Assembly (NCBI GenBank): GCA_964490245.1
Contig: CAZBAF010000004.1
Location: forward strand, 16,072 to 80,071
DNA length: 64,000 nucleotides
DNA from: an uncultured Candidatus Saccharibacteria bacterium
GTDB taxonomy: Bacteria; Patescibacteriota; Saccharimonadia; Saccharimonadales; JACDBH01
Direction: 5' to 3'
The position numbers and the translations under genes were made by a program. Below, in pieces: positions 48,393 to 57,727 of the stretch; position 1 is the stretch's first letter; each line of letters starts with the position of its first letter. Under the pieces are notes generated by a model. It was given only the letters and a program-made list of their open reading frames with translations. It was not told where the DNA came from and ran no database searches.

Positions 48393-48914
48393 ATGGAAGT
48401 AGTCAACAAAGCCGAAAAAGCGCTCGAAGGCCCGTTTTCTAGCCTGCCGGTGCTGCCAAAAGACGCCAGTAAGGGGTTGGCTCAAATTGTACCCTGGCTG
48501 GCGCTGATTGGCGGCGTGCTGCAGCTGGCCAGCGCCTGGTGGCTGTATGACTGGGCACGTACTGTTAATGAGTGGACCGAGGCGGCCAACCGCTTCAGCG
48601 CTGCGTTTGGCGGCGGACGGGTTAATGCGGGGCTTACCGTATGGGTATGGCTTGCCGTGGCTGTTCTGGCAGTGAGCGGCGTTATTTTGCTGGCGGCTTT
48701 TCCTAAACTGCAGAAAAAAGCAAAAGCCGGCTGGAATCTTTTGTTGCTGGGCGTATTGATCTACCTGGCTTATGGTGTCGTCAGTCTGTTTATTGACGGC
48801 CGCGGGGGAGTAGGCAGTCTGCTGGGCGTGCTGATTGGTTTTGCAATCTCTACCTACCTGCTGTTCCAGGTGCGCGAATATTTTGGCGGCAAGGCGCTGC
48901 AGGCTAAAAAGTAA
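48393..48914 (+). CDS. Membrane protein (hypothetical)
   Basis: 173 aa with four TM segments. Confidence 0.6.
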   Translation: MEVVNKAEKALEGPFSSLPVLPKDASKGLAQIVPWLALIGGVLQLASAWWLYDWARTVNEWTEAANRFSAAFGGGRVNAGLTVWVWLAVAVLAVSGVILLAAFPKLQKKAKAGWNLLLLGVLIYLAYGVVSLFIDGRGGVGSLLGVLIGFAISTYLLFQVREYFGGKALQAKK

Positions 48915-48931
48915 AATCTCAATTGCTTTAT

Positions 48932-48966
48932 AAAAACCCGGGTCAGCGCCCGGGTTTTTGTTTTTT
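48932..48966. terminator. Bidirectional rho-independent terminator
   Basis: AAAAACCCGGG-TCAGCG-CCCGGGTTTTTGTTTTTT, between convergent genes. Confidence 0.7.
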
Positions 48967-48979
48967 ATGCAAAGCTGTT

Positions 48980-50179
48980 TTAATTCAGAGCGTCGACGCG
49001 GGTAGCGCAGACCAGGCAGTTGTCCTCGCGCTCGCGGTCTGCCAGCAGGCGGTCGGTTGCCTTCCACCAGGGCTCGACATCGCGGTAGCCAATCCAGTCA
49101 GCGGCTTTACGCAGCCACCACGCCAGGCGTCCGTAGATGTGCAGTTTGCCCCACACAACCATAGCCCAGCCCTTCCCGACAGGTGTGATATACACAGGCT
49201 TCTTGGGCTTGTACGCATAGGGTGCCTTGCCGGCGGCGTGGCGTTTTAGGTTGCGGGCTATAAACATGGCGTCATGCAGGGCTGTTTGGGCCATGCCGCT
49301 GTATTTGGTGTCGGCGTTATCGCCAATGACAAAAATGCCCGGCCAGGCCTGCAGCAGCTGATCTACCTGGACGCGGCCGTTTTCACTTAGGATAAAGTTG
49401 TTCTTCGCAAAAAACGGATTATTGGCAATACCGGCTGTCCAGATAATAGTGTGTGTGCGGACCGGCTTACCGTCGAGCAGCAGCGTATCGGCGCTTTCTG
49501 CCTGTACCGGACGCCCAAAGTACAGTTTGACGCCAAGCTTCTTCAGTCGGCGCGCCAGCGACCGGCTGACGCTTTCCGGCATGCGCGGCATCAGGCGCGG
49601 TGCTGCCTCGACCAGGTCAATGTGCAGCTTACGCCTGGTTTTGATGCCGTGTTGTTTCATAAGGTATTTGAGGTATGCCGGCAGGGCCCCGGCCAGCTCG
49701 ATACCGGTTGGTCCGCCGCCAATAATTATATAGTTGCTGTCCGGTTCGCGTTTATCCAGCAGCTGTCGGTGCAAATGTGCCTTGAGCTCCTCGGCGTCAT
49801 GCAGCGACTTGATGCCAAACGAATACTCTGCCATGCCGGGAATATTAAAGTAGTTGGTGACAGTGCCCAAAGCCAGGATAAGGATGTCGTACTCCAGCTT
49901 GCCGCCGCTTTTAAGGGTCAGTTTTTTGGCGGTCCGGTTGAGCTTGACCGCGGTGTCGATGACGATGTCAATGCGCTTACCGGAAAAGATTTCACCCAAC
50001 GGTATAGTCGAGACTACTTTGCTGCCGCCGGTGGCGGTGTGGTACATCATCGGGTAGTATTCAAAAAACGGCTTGTTGGCCACCAGCGTGACATGAAAAC
50101 CGGGGTGCTCGGCCAGCTCAAGCGCTGACTTTACGCCGCCAAAACCGCCCCCTACGATAAGAACTTCTTGCTTGCGCAT
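48980..50179 (-). CDS. ndh: Type II NADH dehydrogenase (NDH-2) family FAD-dependent oxidoreductase
   Basis: 399 aa with two dinucleotide folds (VGGGFGG, IIGGGPTGIE). Confidence 0.8.
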   Translation of the reverse strand: MRKQEVLIVGGGFGGVKSALELAEHPGFHVTLVANKPFFEYYPMMYHTATGGSKVVSTIPLGEIFSGKRIDIVIDTAVKLNRTAKKLTLKSGGKLEYDILILALGTVTNYFNIPGMAEYSFGIKSLHDAEELKAHLHRQLLDKREPDSNYIIIGGGPTGIELAGALPAYLKYLMKQHGIKTRRKLHIDLVEAAPRLMPRMPESVSRSLARRLKKLGVKLYFGRPVQAESADTLLLDGKPVRTHTIIWTAGIANNPFFAKNNFILSENGRVQVDQLLQAWPGIFVIGDNADTKYSGMAQTALHDAMFIARNLKRHAAGKAPYAYKPKKPVYITPVGKGWAMVVWGKLHIYGRLAWWLRKAADWIGYRDVEPWWKATDRLLADREREDNCLVCATRVDALN

Positions 50180-50333
50180 GTATGTATTGATAGTTACTGT
50201 TTAGTTTATGCTTACGGTTATTGTATCAGGAAGGAGCGATTGCATAAACTATTCAGCGCAAGTATCCGGTCTTTCTTTTGGTGCTAAGCGGCAGCATGTT
50301 TTCTTTTTAGCCGGCATGCCCATGGATGGAAAA

Positions 50334-50438
50334 GTGATTAGTGATTAGTGTTTAGTGGTCAGTGATTAGTGACCAGTGACTAGAAGTGAGGAGAGAGTTA
50401 TTTAGTAGATGGTAGTTAGTAGATAGTAGTTAGTAAAG
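50334..50438 (+). repeat. Heptanucleotide tandem array (15 units), stop-codon rich
   Basis: GTGATTA x2, GTGTTTA, GTGGTCA, GTGATTA, GTGACCA, GTGACTA, GAAGTGA, GGAGAGA, GTTATTT, AGTAGAT, GGTAGTT, AGTAGAT, AGTAGTT, AGTAAAG. Confidence 0.8.
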
Positions 50439-50852
50439 GCGGCGTTAGCCGCCTATTAAAACAGTGCCCGTTAGGGCTTCTGCTTTGTTGGCCATGCACG
50501 CCTGCCCTGATTCAGGCGTTGTTCAAAAGTACAATATCTGCAAACGTGTTAGCCTGCCAACTCTATTATGAAACTTGGCAGGCCGACTGAGCCGGGGCCC
50601 CCGCAGAACCTGTTCTGTGGGGTAAGGCCGAAAGGAGTCCACGTTTGCATTGTACCTTTTGACAACTGGCTGAGTCACGGCAGGTTTTCCGCCCGAGCTT
50701 CTTTGCATCCTTTTCTCCACCCCACGAAACAGGTTTCGTGGGGACCCCGGTTGTCGATACAAGAAAGGATGTCGGTCAAAAGCCCTATAGGGGCTTTACC
50801 GAAAATGTTTTTAAAAAAAAGATGGGGTTAAGACCCCGCAGGGGGTCTATAG
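50438..50852 (+). ncRNA. Unclassified multi-copy structured element, copy F (subtype 2 with two insert hairpins)
   Basis: Aligns with D and E. The central stems are compensated (GCAAACGTG/CACGTTTGC versus AAGGCG/CGCCTT). It shares an insert hairpin with copy B. Confidence 0.6.
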
Positions 50853-50970
50853 GAGCATAGCCATTAGCAGCGTAGTACGATTTAACCAGCAGTTCGCCTC
50901 TTTACCAAAGAACACCCCGCCCCTGCCTTGCACCAGCCAGCATTTCTAGCTACACTAAACCATAAGAACT

Positions 50971-52626
50971 ATGCAGACATTCATTGATAACCTGCGCGCC
51001 GCAGGCTTTGACGGTGGGATTGATGATACCCCTGCCTCTAAGGACTTTTATAGTCACGACGCGTCATTGTTTGAAATCCGTCCGCAGCTGATCGTACATC
51101 CAAAGGACAGTTCGGATGTGCAGGCGCTGGTGCGTACGGTAAATAAACTCAAATCAAAGGATAAAACGCTTAGTATTACAGCGCGCAGTGCGGGTACCGA
51201 TATGTCCGGCGGTGCTATCAATGATTCGATTATTGCGGATTTTACCAAGCATTTTGATAAGGTGCTCAGTGTCAGCGCCACGGCCGCACGCAGCCAACCG
51301 GGTGTTTATTACCGTGATTTTGAAAAGAAAACGTTGCGCCACGGCGCGCTTTTGCCCCCCTACCCCGCCTCGCGTGATCTGTGCACTATCGGCGGCATGG
51401 TCAATAACAACTCGGGCGGCGAAAAATCTTTGCAGTACGGCAAGACCGACAATTTTGTGACCGAGCTGAAGGTAGTGCTGTCGGATGGCAATGAGTACGT
51501 GGTGCGGCCGCTTAACCGCAAAGAGCTGGACGCCAAAATGAAACAGAAAAACTTTGAAGGCGATCTGTACCGCCGCACCTACGAACTGCTCGAGAATAAC
51601 TACGAAGTGCTGCAGGCGGCGCGGCCGAAAGTAGCCAAAGATTCGACCGGTTATCATCTGTGGGATGTCTGGAACCGCGAAACAGGCGTGTTTGATCTGA
51701 CCAAGCTGTTTGTGGGCGCACAGGGTACGCTTGGTTTGACGACCGAGATGAAGTTCCGCCTGGTCAAGGCGCCCAAGCACAGCGGGACGCTGGTTATCTT
51801 TTTGCGTGATCTGGATCAGCTTGGCAGGATGATTAATAAGGTGCTGCGGCATAATCCGGCGGCTTTTGAGGGCTTTGACAACTATACGCTCATGCTGAGC
51901 TTCAGGCTGTTCCTGTCGTTTCATAAGCTGATTGGCTGGGAGGAAACCATCAAGCTGGCGCTGCAGCTGTTTCCGAATGCGCTGATGCTGTTCCGCGGCA
52001 TACCAAAGATGGTGCTTTTGGTTGAGTTTAACGGTCAGACGCCGGACGAGGTGGCGCAGCGGATTAATGATCTAAGGATGGATCTGGAGGAGTTTAAGCA
52101 CAGCTCGCTGTTCGAAGAGAATGAGACCGAAGCCAAATCACGCAAGTTCTGGATTATGCGCCGGGCCAGCTTTAAGCTGCTGCGCGAAAAGGTTAAAGAC
52201 AAGCACACGGCACCTTATATTGATGACCTGGTGGTTAATCCGGAGCATTTGCCCAAGTTTTTGCCTGAGCTGCGTAAAATACTTAAAAAATACAAGCTGC
52301 TGGCCACTATTGCCGGACATATGGGCGAGGGCAACTTCCATATCATTCCGCTGATGAAACTCGAAGAGAAAAAAGAACGTGCCAAGCTTGAGCCCAGTAT
52401 GCGTGAGGTTAATCGGCTTATCCTGAAGTACGGCGGCAGTCTGAGCGGTGAGCACAACGACGGACTGGTGCGCGGCCCGTGGCTCGAGGAAATGTACGGC
52501 AAAAAAGTCGTATCACTGTTCCGCCGGGTAAAGAAAATTTATGATCCGGAAGGTATTTTTAACCCGCGCAAAAAAGCTGACGCTACCTGGGAGTACAGTT
52601 TCAAGCACGTGCGTGATCATTTTTAA
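50971..52626 (+). CDS. FAD-binding oxidoreductase (FAD-linked oxidase, GlcD/D-lactate dehydrogenase-like)
   Basis: 551 aa with an FAD_binding_4 N-terminus (ARSAGTDMSGGA) and a C-terminal oxidase domain. Confidence 0.8.
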   Translation: MQTFIDNLRAAGFDGGIDDTPASKDFYSHDASLFEIRPQLIVHPKDSSDVQALVRTVNKLKSKDKTLSITARSAGTDMSGGAINDSIIADFTKHFDKVLSVSATAARSQPGVYYRDFEKKTLRHGALLPPYPASRDLCTIGGMVNNNSGGEKSLQYGKTDNFVTELKVVLSDGNEYVVRPLNRKELDAKMKQKNFEGDLYRRTYELLENNYEVLQAARPKVAKDSTGYHLWDVWNRETGVFDLTKLFVGAQGTLGLTTEMKFRLVKAPKHSGTLVIFLRDLDQLGRMINKVLRHNPAAFEGFDNYTLMLSFRLFLSFHKLIGWEETIKLALQLFPNALMLFRGIPKMVLLVEFNGQTPDEVAQRINDLRMDLEEFKHSSLFEENETEAKSRKFWIMRRASFKLLREKVKDKHTAPYIDDLVVNPEHLPKFLPELRKILKKYKLLATIAGHMGEGNFHIIPLMKLEEKKERAKLEPSMREVNRLILKYGGSLSGEHNDGLVRGPWLEEMYGKKVVSLFRRVKKIYDPEGIFNPRKKADATWEYSFKHVRDHF

Positions 52627-52728
52627 CTGGCGTTGCCTTTTTGAGAGGGGAGCATCCCCTCTCAACGCGCGGGGCGCGGGCAAAAGCCCGCCGCTCCGGC
52701 TTCTCTCCCCTGCCCAGGAGAGTAGGGC

Positions 52729-52758
52729 TTGACAAAAGCATAAGAAGTATGCTATAAT
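52729..52758 (+). promoter_or_regulatory. Orphan consensus promoter (TTGACA-N18-TATAAT)
   Basis: Exact hexamers. No ORF lies downstream before the terminator at 52781. Confidence 0.45.
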
Positions 52759-52780
52759 GAGAAGACAGGGTAATAAAATA

Positions 52781-52808
52781 GCGCCACGAGATAAGTGGCG
52801 CTTTTTTT
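52781..52808. terminator. Rho-independent terminator (bidirectional)
   Basis: GCGCCAC-GAGATAA-GTGGCGC followed by TTTTTTT. It also serves the convergent gene 52824..53084. Confidence 0.7.
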
Positions 52809-52823
52809 ACTAAACCAAGACCC

Positions 52824-53084
52824 CTACTTGTCGGCTTCTTGTAGTGCCAAGCGGCGGCGGGCGGTTTCGTTCAGGACGCTGACAATACCAAAGAATGCAA
52901 TACCGGTCAGGCAGGTGCGGATAATGCTTGCGTGGCTGAAAACGATCAGCAGTATGCCCGATGTCAGTGTGCCGGCGGCAAGCCCGTAGCTTGCTTTAAG
53001 CCTGTCGGCCTGGGGCTTAAAGTTATTAAAAGCCGACAGTGCCAATGCGCTGAGGGCAAGAATTACGTGGATAAGTATAAGCAT
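52824..53084 (-). CDS. Small membrane protein (hypothetical)
   Basis: 86 aa with three hydrophobic helices. Confidence 0.5.
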   Translation of the reverse strand: MLILIHVILALSALALSAFNNFKPQADRLKASYGLAAGTLTSGILLIVFSHASIIRTCLTGIAFFGIVSVLNETARRRLALQEADK

Positions 53085-53161
53085 GATTTCAGTATAGTCC
53101 TAAAGCGGTTCGGGCGCAACCTAAATGGCCGATTGCGGGCCGGAAGCGGCTGGCGGTAATC

Positions 53162-54022
53162 TTACGGCAGCCACGGATTGACTGAAATAGTCAGGCAGAA
53201 CAGTACCAGTACAGCCAGCGAGTAGTGAAAGTTACGACGGGCCCACTGCTCTTTATTATGCGCCAGAAACCCTTCGGCAGCCAATTGCAGCCAGCGCAGG
53301 CTGAGTACTAACATCAGCACCCAATACGTCCAGCTGGTGAGCGGGCTGACAGCCAGGCCCAGCAGACACGCGACGGTGAGAATGGTGTAAATAAAAATGT
53401 GTCGAATAGTTGCCGGTATGCCGCGCTTGACCGAACTGACCGGGATACCGGCTTTGGCGTACTCTGCTTTACGGAAAACAGCAATGCTGTAAAATTCGGG
53501 CATCTGCCAGAAGAAAATAACGCCGAACAGTATAATCCCTGTCCAGTCGGGATTGTTGGTTGCTGCCACATAGCCGGCCAGGATGGGCGCGGCACCGCTG
53601 ATGGCCCCCACCAGTGTGCCATGAACGCTGAGCCGCTTGCTCAAAGCGCCGTAAAGCCAGACATACACCATCCAGCCAAACAGCCCGACGGCGACCACCC
53701 ACCAGTTGGTGAACAGCGCCAGCAGCACGGTGCCGATGATGCCCAGTGCAGCGCCAAAAATAACTGCCTGCCGGCCGGTGACCTCGCCGGTCAGAAGCGG
53801 TCGTCCCTGGGTACGGGTCATGAGCGCATCAATATCCTGGTCAAGAAAATTATTAATGACGCACGCGCTGGCAATCACAAACCAGGTACCGACCGTGAGC
53901 GCCGCAAGCACTGTCCAGTCTATGCGGCCGTTGGCTGCAAACAGGTAGCCGGCAATTGTGGTAATAAGGTTGCCGTAGGTGACACCGGGCTTGGTCAGCC
54001 GATAGAGCGCCCCGAAATTCAT
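53162..54022 (-). CDS. cyoE: Heme O synthase (protoheme IX farnesyltransferase)
   Basis: 286 aa of the UbiA family with N..D.DID..M.RT..RPL. Confidence 0.85.
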   Translation of the reverse strand: MNFGALYRLTKPGVTYGNLITTIAGYLFAANGRIDWTVLAALTVGTWFVIASACVINNFLDQDIDALMTRTQGRPLLTGEVTGRQAVIFGAALGIIGTVLLALFTNWWVVAVGLFGWMVYVWLYGALSKRLSVHGTLVGAISGAAPILAGYVAATNNPDWTGIILFGVIFFWQMPEFYSIAVFRKAEYAKAGIPVSSVKRGIPATIRHIFIYTILTVACLLGLAVSPLTSWTYWVLMLVLSLRWLQLAAEGFLAHNKEQWARRNFHYSLAVLVLFCLTISVNPWLP

Positions 54023-54129
54023 ATCCTTAGTCTAGCACGTGTGTTTTACTGCTCCTTGAAAAGTGCTTATTTTGCTTAAGCTTGGTGTGGTATAGTGGGT
54101 GTAAATACTTAATAGCTCGAAGAGGGTTA

Positions 54130-55053
54130 ATGGCAAAACAGCAAAAAAAACAGCATAAGTCCGCATGGCTTGCTGTATTTGGGCTGGCAGGTACCGGACT
54201 TTTTATAGCCGTACTGGCATGGTTTATGCGCGGCCGCGATATTGCCCTGCTTAACCCCAAAGGGTTTATTGCCAACGAGCAGTACAAGCTGCTGGTGATA
54301 TCGACCGCTATTATGGTTGCATTTGCTGCAGTGGTTATCTTTTTTATATATTTCTTTGCCTGGCGATACCGCGAGACAGCTCAACAGACGGCGGTGGATC
54401 AGCAGGCCGGACGCAACAAAAAGCTGCTGACGACCGCCTGGGCCTCCCCGATCGTCATCTTTTTTATACTTGCTGCGCTGATGTTGCCCGCCACTCAAAA
54501 GCTGGTGCCGAACAAGCCTATAGAGGCCAGTAACGGCCATCTGACTATTCAGGTGGTTGCGCTTAGGTGGAAGTGGCTGTTTATCTATCCCGAGCAAAAG
54601 ATAGCAACCGTCAACTTTGTTCAAATCCCGGTTGATACTCCGGTCAGGTTTGATCTGACCGCAGACGAGGCGCCGATGAATTCGTTCTGGGTGCCCCACC
54701 TTGCCGGTATGCTGTATGCCATGACAGGGCACGTTAATCCACTGCACGTGATGGCTGATACGACCGGCGATTTTGACGGCGGTGCGGCAGAGATCAACGG
54801 CGGCGGCTTTGCGGACATGAGGTTTACGGCCCGCGTTTCGACCAAGAGCGAGTTTGACTCGTGGGTTGATCAGATAAAATATTCGGCCGGCCGGCTCGAC
54901 GCCCAGGAATACGACAAGCTGCTGGAGCCAACCAAGGAACACCCCGTGACCGCTTATTCACACGCCGGACCGGAAATTTTTAATACCATTCTGAGCAAAT
55001 ATCCCGAATCGCACACCGGCAGCGGGCATAATCATACAGGAGGGGGATACTAA
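54130..55053 (+). CDS. cyoA: Cytochrome ubiquinol oxidase subunit II
   Basis: The ORF runs from 54082, but the Met at 54130 follows AGAGGG. It has two TM helices and a cupredoxin domain that lacks the CuA Cys/His set, with FWVP.L.G. Confidence 0.85.
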   Translation: MAKQQKKQHKSAWLAVFGLAGTGLFIAVLAWFMRGRDIALLNPKGFIANEQYKLLVISTAIMVAFAAVVIFFIYFFAWRYRETAQQTAVDQQAGRNKKLLTTAWASPIVIFFILAALMLPATQKLVPNKPIEASNGHLTIQVVALRWKWLFIYPEQKIATVNFVQIPVDTPVRFDLTADEAPMNSFWVPHLAGMLYAMTGHVNPLHVMADTTGDFDGGAAEINGGGFADMRFTARVSTKSEFDSWVDQIKYSAGRLDAQEYDKLLEPTKEHPVTAYSHAGPEIFNTILSKYPESHTGSGHNHTGGGY

Positions 55054-57128
55054 TGAGAGAGTTTCTGCTCGGCCGACTGGACGCCAGCGCCTTGCCGCAC
55101 GAGTGGCATACCATTGCCGGTTCCATATCCTTTATTCTGATGGGTCTGGCGCTGGTGGGCTTTATTACCTACAAAAAGCGCTGGAAGTGGCTGTGGAATG
55201 AGTGGCTGACATCTGTTGACCCCAAGAAAATCGGTATTATGTACTTTATTGTCGGCGGCGCTATGCTGCTGCGCGGCGGTCTGGACGCTGTCATGCTGTG
55301 GCTGCAGCAGGCGCTGGCTGCCGATGGCTCCGGCGGCTATCTGTCGGCTCAGCACTTCCAGGAGATCTTTACTGCCCACGGCAATATCATGGTGTTCTTT
55401 GTGGCTATGGCGCTTATTTTTGGATTTATTAATTACATTGTTCCGCTGCAGATTGGCGCGCGTGATCTGGCGTCACCGTTCTTGAACACCTTGGGCTTCT
55501 GGCTGTATGTGGCCGGCGTGGTGATGATCAATATGTTCTTCTTCTTGGGCGGTGAGTATGCGGCCACTGGCTGGCTGGCGGTTGCCCCTTTGTCCGGGCC
55601 GGAATTCAGTCCCGGCGTGGGCATGGATTACTGGGTATGGAGCCTGCAGATATCCGGTATCGGTACAACGCTGGGCGGTATTAACTTCATTATGACTATC
55701 TTAAAAATGCGCGCTAAAGGCATGACGCTATGGAAGATGCCTCTCTTTACCTGGGGCAGCCTGTGCAGCATGCTGATGGTGGTGACGGTCTTTCCGCTGC
55801 TGACAATGACTATCTTTCTGCTGTTCTTTGACCGCTACCTGGGTACGCACTTCTTTACGACCACCGGCGGCGGCAATCCCATGATGTACACCAACCTGAT
55901 ATGGATGTGGGGTCACCCCGAGGTGTATATTATTATGCTGCCATCGTTCGGTATTTTCTCGGAGGTGGTATCGACGTTCAGCCGCAAGCCCGTGGCTTTT
56001 TATAAGACTGCAGTTGTCGGTATTATTAGCGTGGCCAGCATCTCTTTGGTGGTGTGGCTGCATCACTTCTTTACCATGGGCGCCGGCGCCAATGTCAACT
56101 CGGCCTTTGGTATCGCCACCATGCTGATCGGCATACCGACAACCGTGCTGATGTTTAACTGGATCGCAACGATGTACAAGGGCCGCATACGCTTTACGAC
56201 GCCGATGCTGTGGTTTTTGGCATTTGTTTTTGTATTTGCAATCGGGGGTATCACCGGTATCCTGCTGGCTATTCCGCCGGTTGATTTCCAGCTGCATAAC
56301 AGTCTGTTCCTGGTGGCGCATTTCCACTCTACGGCTGTGGGCGGTGTGCTGTTCGGTATTTTTGCGGGCCTTACCTATTGGTTCCCCAAGATGACCGGTG
56401 TGCGCTTGAACGAGCGCATTGGCCGCTACTCGGTTATCGCCTGGGTGGTCGGCTTCTTTGTGTCCTTTACTCCGCTCTATATCCTGGGCCTGATGGGCGC
56501 AACCAGGAGGCTCGACCGCTACAGCAATCCGGACTGGCAGCCTTTCTTTGTCATGGCGCTGATTGGCAGTCTTATTATCTGTTTAGGCGTCGCGCTGCAG
56601 ATTATACAGATTATTGCCAGCTACATGCAAAAGCGTCATTTGGCCGATACAACCGGCGATCCGTGGGATGGCCGCAATCTGGAGTGGTCGACTGCATCGC
56701 CGCCGCCAAGCTATAACTTTGCGGTTATTCCAAAGGTAAAATCCCTTGATGCATACTGGAATATGAAAAAGGCCGGCCTGCAAAAGCCTGAATATGAGGA
56801 CGTGCACATGCCCAAGAATACGGCGACCGGTATTTACATCTCGATCTTTGCCTTCCTGGCTGGCTTTGGTTTTGTCTGGGAGATGAACTGGCTTGCGGCT
56901 GTCTCGATTATTGGCGCCATTGTGGTGCTGGTGATGCGAATGTTTGACGAGCATACCGAATACACCATCCCAGCTCAAGAGGTGAAGAAAATGGAAGAAG
57001 ACCGTATGGCCCGCGATAAGGCGATAGAAAGCAAACGGGATCCCGATGAAGAAGATATGGGTCTGATCGAATTTATACAAACAGTGCTTAGATGGGCACT
57101 TGGTCTCGTCAGGAGGAATAAGCGATGA
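55053..57128 (+). CDS. cyoB: Cytochrome o ubiquinol oxidase subunit I
   Basis: 691 aa of the heme-copper oxidase family with WFFGHPEVYI-like WMWGHPEVYI and HHFF. Confidence 0.95.
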   Translation: MREFLLGRLDASALPHEWHTIAGSISFILMGLALVGFITYKKRWKWLWNEWLTSVDPKKIGIMYFIVGGAMLLRGGLDAVMLWLQQALAADGSGGYLSAQHFQEIFTAHGNIMVFFVAMALIFGFINYIVPLQIGARDLASPFLNTLGFWLYVAGVVMINMFFFLGGEYAATGWLAVAPLSGPEFSPGVGMDYWVWSLQISGIGTTLGGINFIMTILKMRAKGMTLWKMPLFTWGSLCSMLMVVTVFPLLTMTIFLLFFDRYLGTHFFTTTGGGNPMMYTNLIWMWGHPEVYIIMLPSFGIFSEVVSTFSRKPVAFYKTAVVGIISVASISLVVWLHHFFTMGAGANVNSAFGIATMLIGIPTTVLMFNWIATMYKGRIRFTTPMLWFLAFVFVFAIGGITGILLAIPPVDFQLHNSLFLVAHFHSTAVGGVLFGIFAGLTYWFPKMTGVRLNERIGRYSVIAWVVGFFVSFTPLYILGLMGATRRLDRYSNPDWQPFFVMALIGSLIICLGVALQIIQIIASYMQKRHLADTTGDPWDGRNLEWSTASPPPSYNFAVIPKVKSLDAYWNMKKAGLQKPEYEDVHMPKNTATGIYISIFAFLAGFGFVWEMNWLAAVSIIGAIVVLVMRMFDEHTEYTIPAQEVKKMEEDRMARDKAIESKRDPDEEDMGLIEFIQTVLRWALGLVRRNKR

Positions 57129-57727
57129 GTTCTGAAACCCATACGGTGTCAAAGAAAAAGCACGAAGAAGCAATGACCGACCGCATCATATTCGGTTTTT
57201 GGGTTTACCTGATGACCGACTTGCTAATGTTTGCGGTGCTGTTCGCCGTTTTTGCGGTGCTTCGGAACAACACGGTTGGCGGCGCACCGGGCAGCGAGCT
57301 GTTCAGCCTGCCGTTGGCATTAACCGGCACTCTGTTGCTGCTGACCAGCAGCTTTACAGCCGGTATCGGCATGATGTTTGCCCGCAGCGGGCTTAAGAAA
57401 CAGACGCTTATCTGGTTTGGCGTTACGTTCCTGCTGGGCCTGGCCTTCCTGGGTGTGGAGTTGTTCGAATTCTACGAGCTGGCCCATGAGGGTTATACTT
57501 TGACGCTCAATGCCTTTATGTCGTCATTCTTTATTCTGGTCGGTACACACGGGGTGCACATTGCGTCTGGTTTGATTTGGCTGGCGATTTTGATGGTTTA
57601 TGTGGCAAAACGCGGGCTTACTTATTCCAATGTGCGTAAGCTCTCGCTGCTGAGCCTGTTCTGGCACTTCCTTGATCTTGTCTGGATATTTATCTTCACC
57701 GTGGTGTATCTGGGGGCATTTGTATGA
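57125..57727 (+). CDS. cyoC: Cytochrome o ubiquinol oxidase subunit III
   Basis: 200 aa with five TM helices and the FWHFLD.VWI motif. Confidence 0.9.
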   Translation: MSSETHTVSKKKHEEAMTDRIIFGFWVYLMTDLLMFAVLFAVFAVLRNNTVGGAPGSELFSLPLALTGTLLLLTSSFTAGIGMMFARSGLKKQTLIWFGVTFLLGLAFLGVELFEFYELAHEGYTLTLNAFMSSFFILVGTHGVHIASGLIWLAILMVYVAKRGLTYSNVRKLSLLSLFWHFLDLVWIFIFTVVYLGAFV

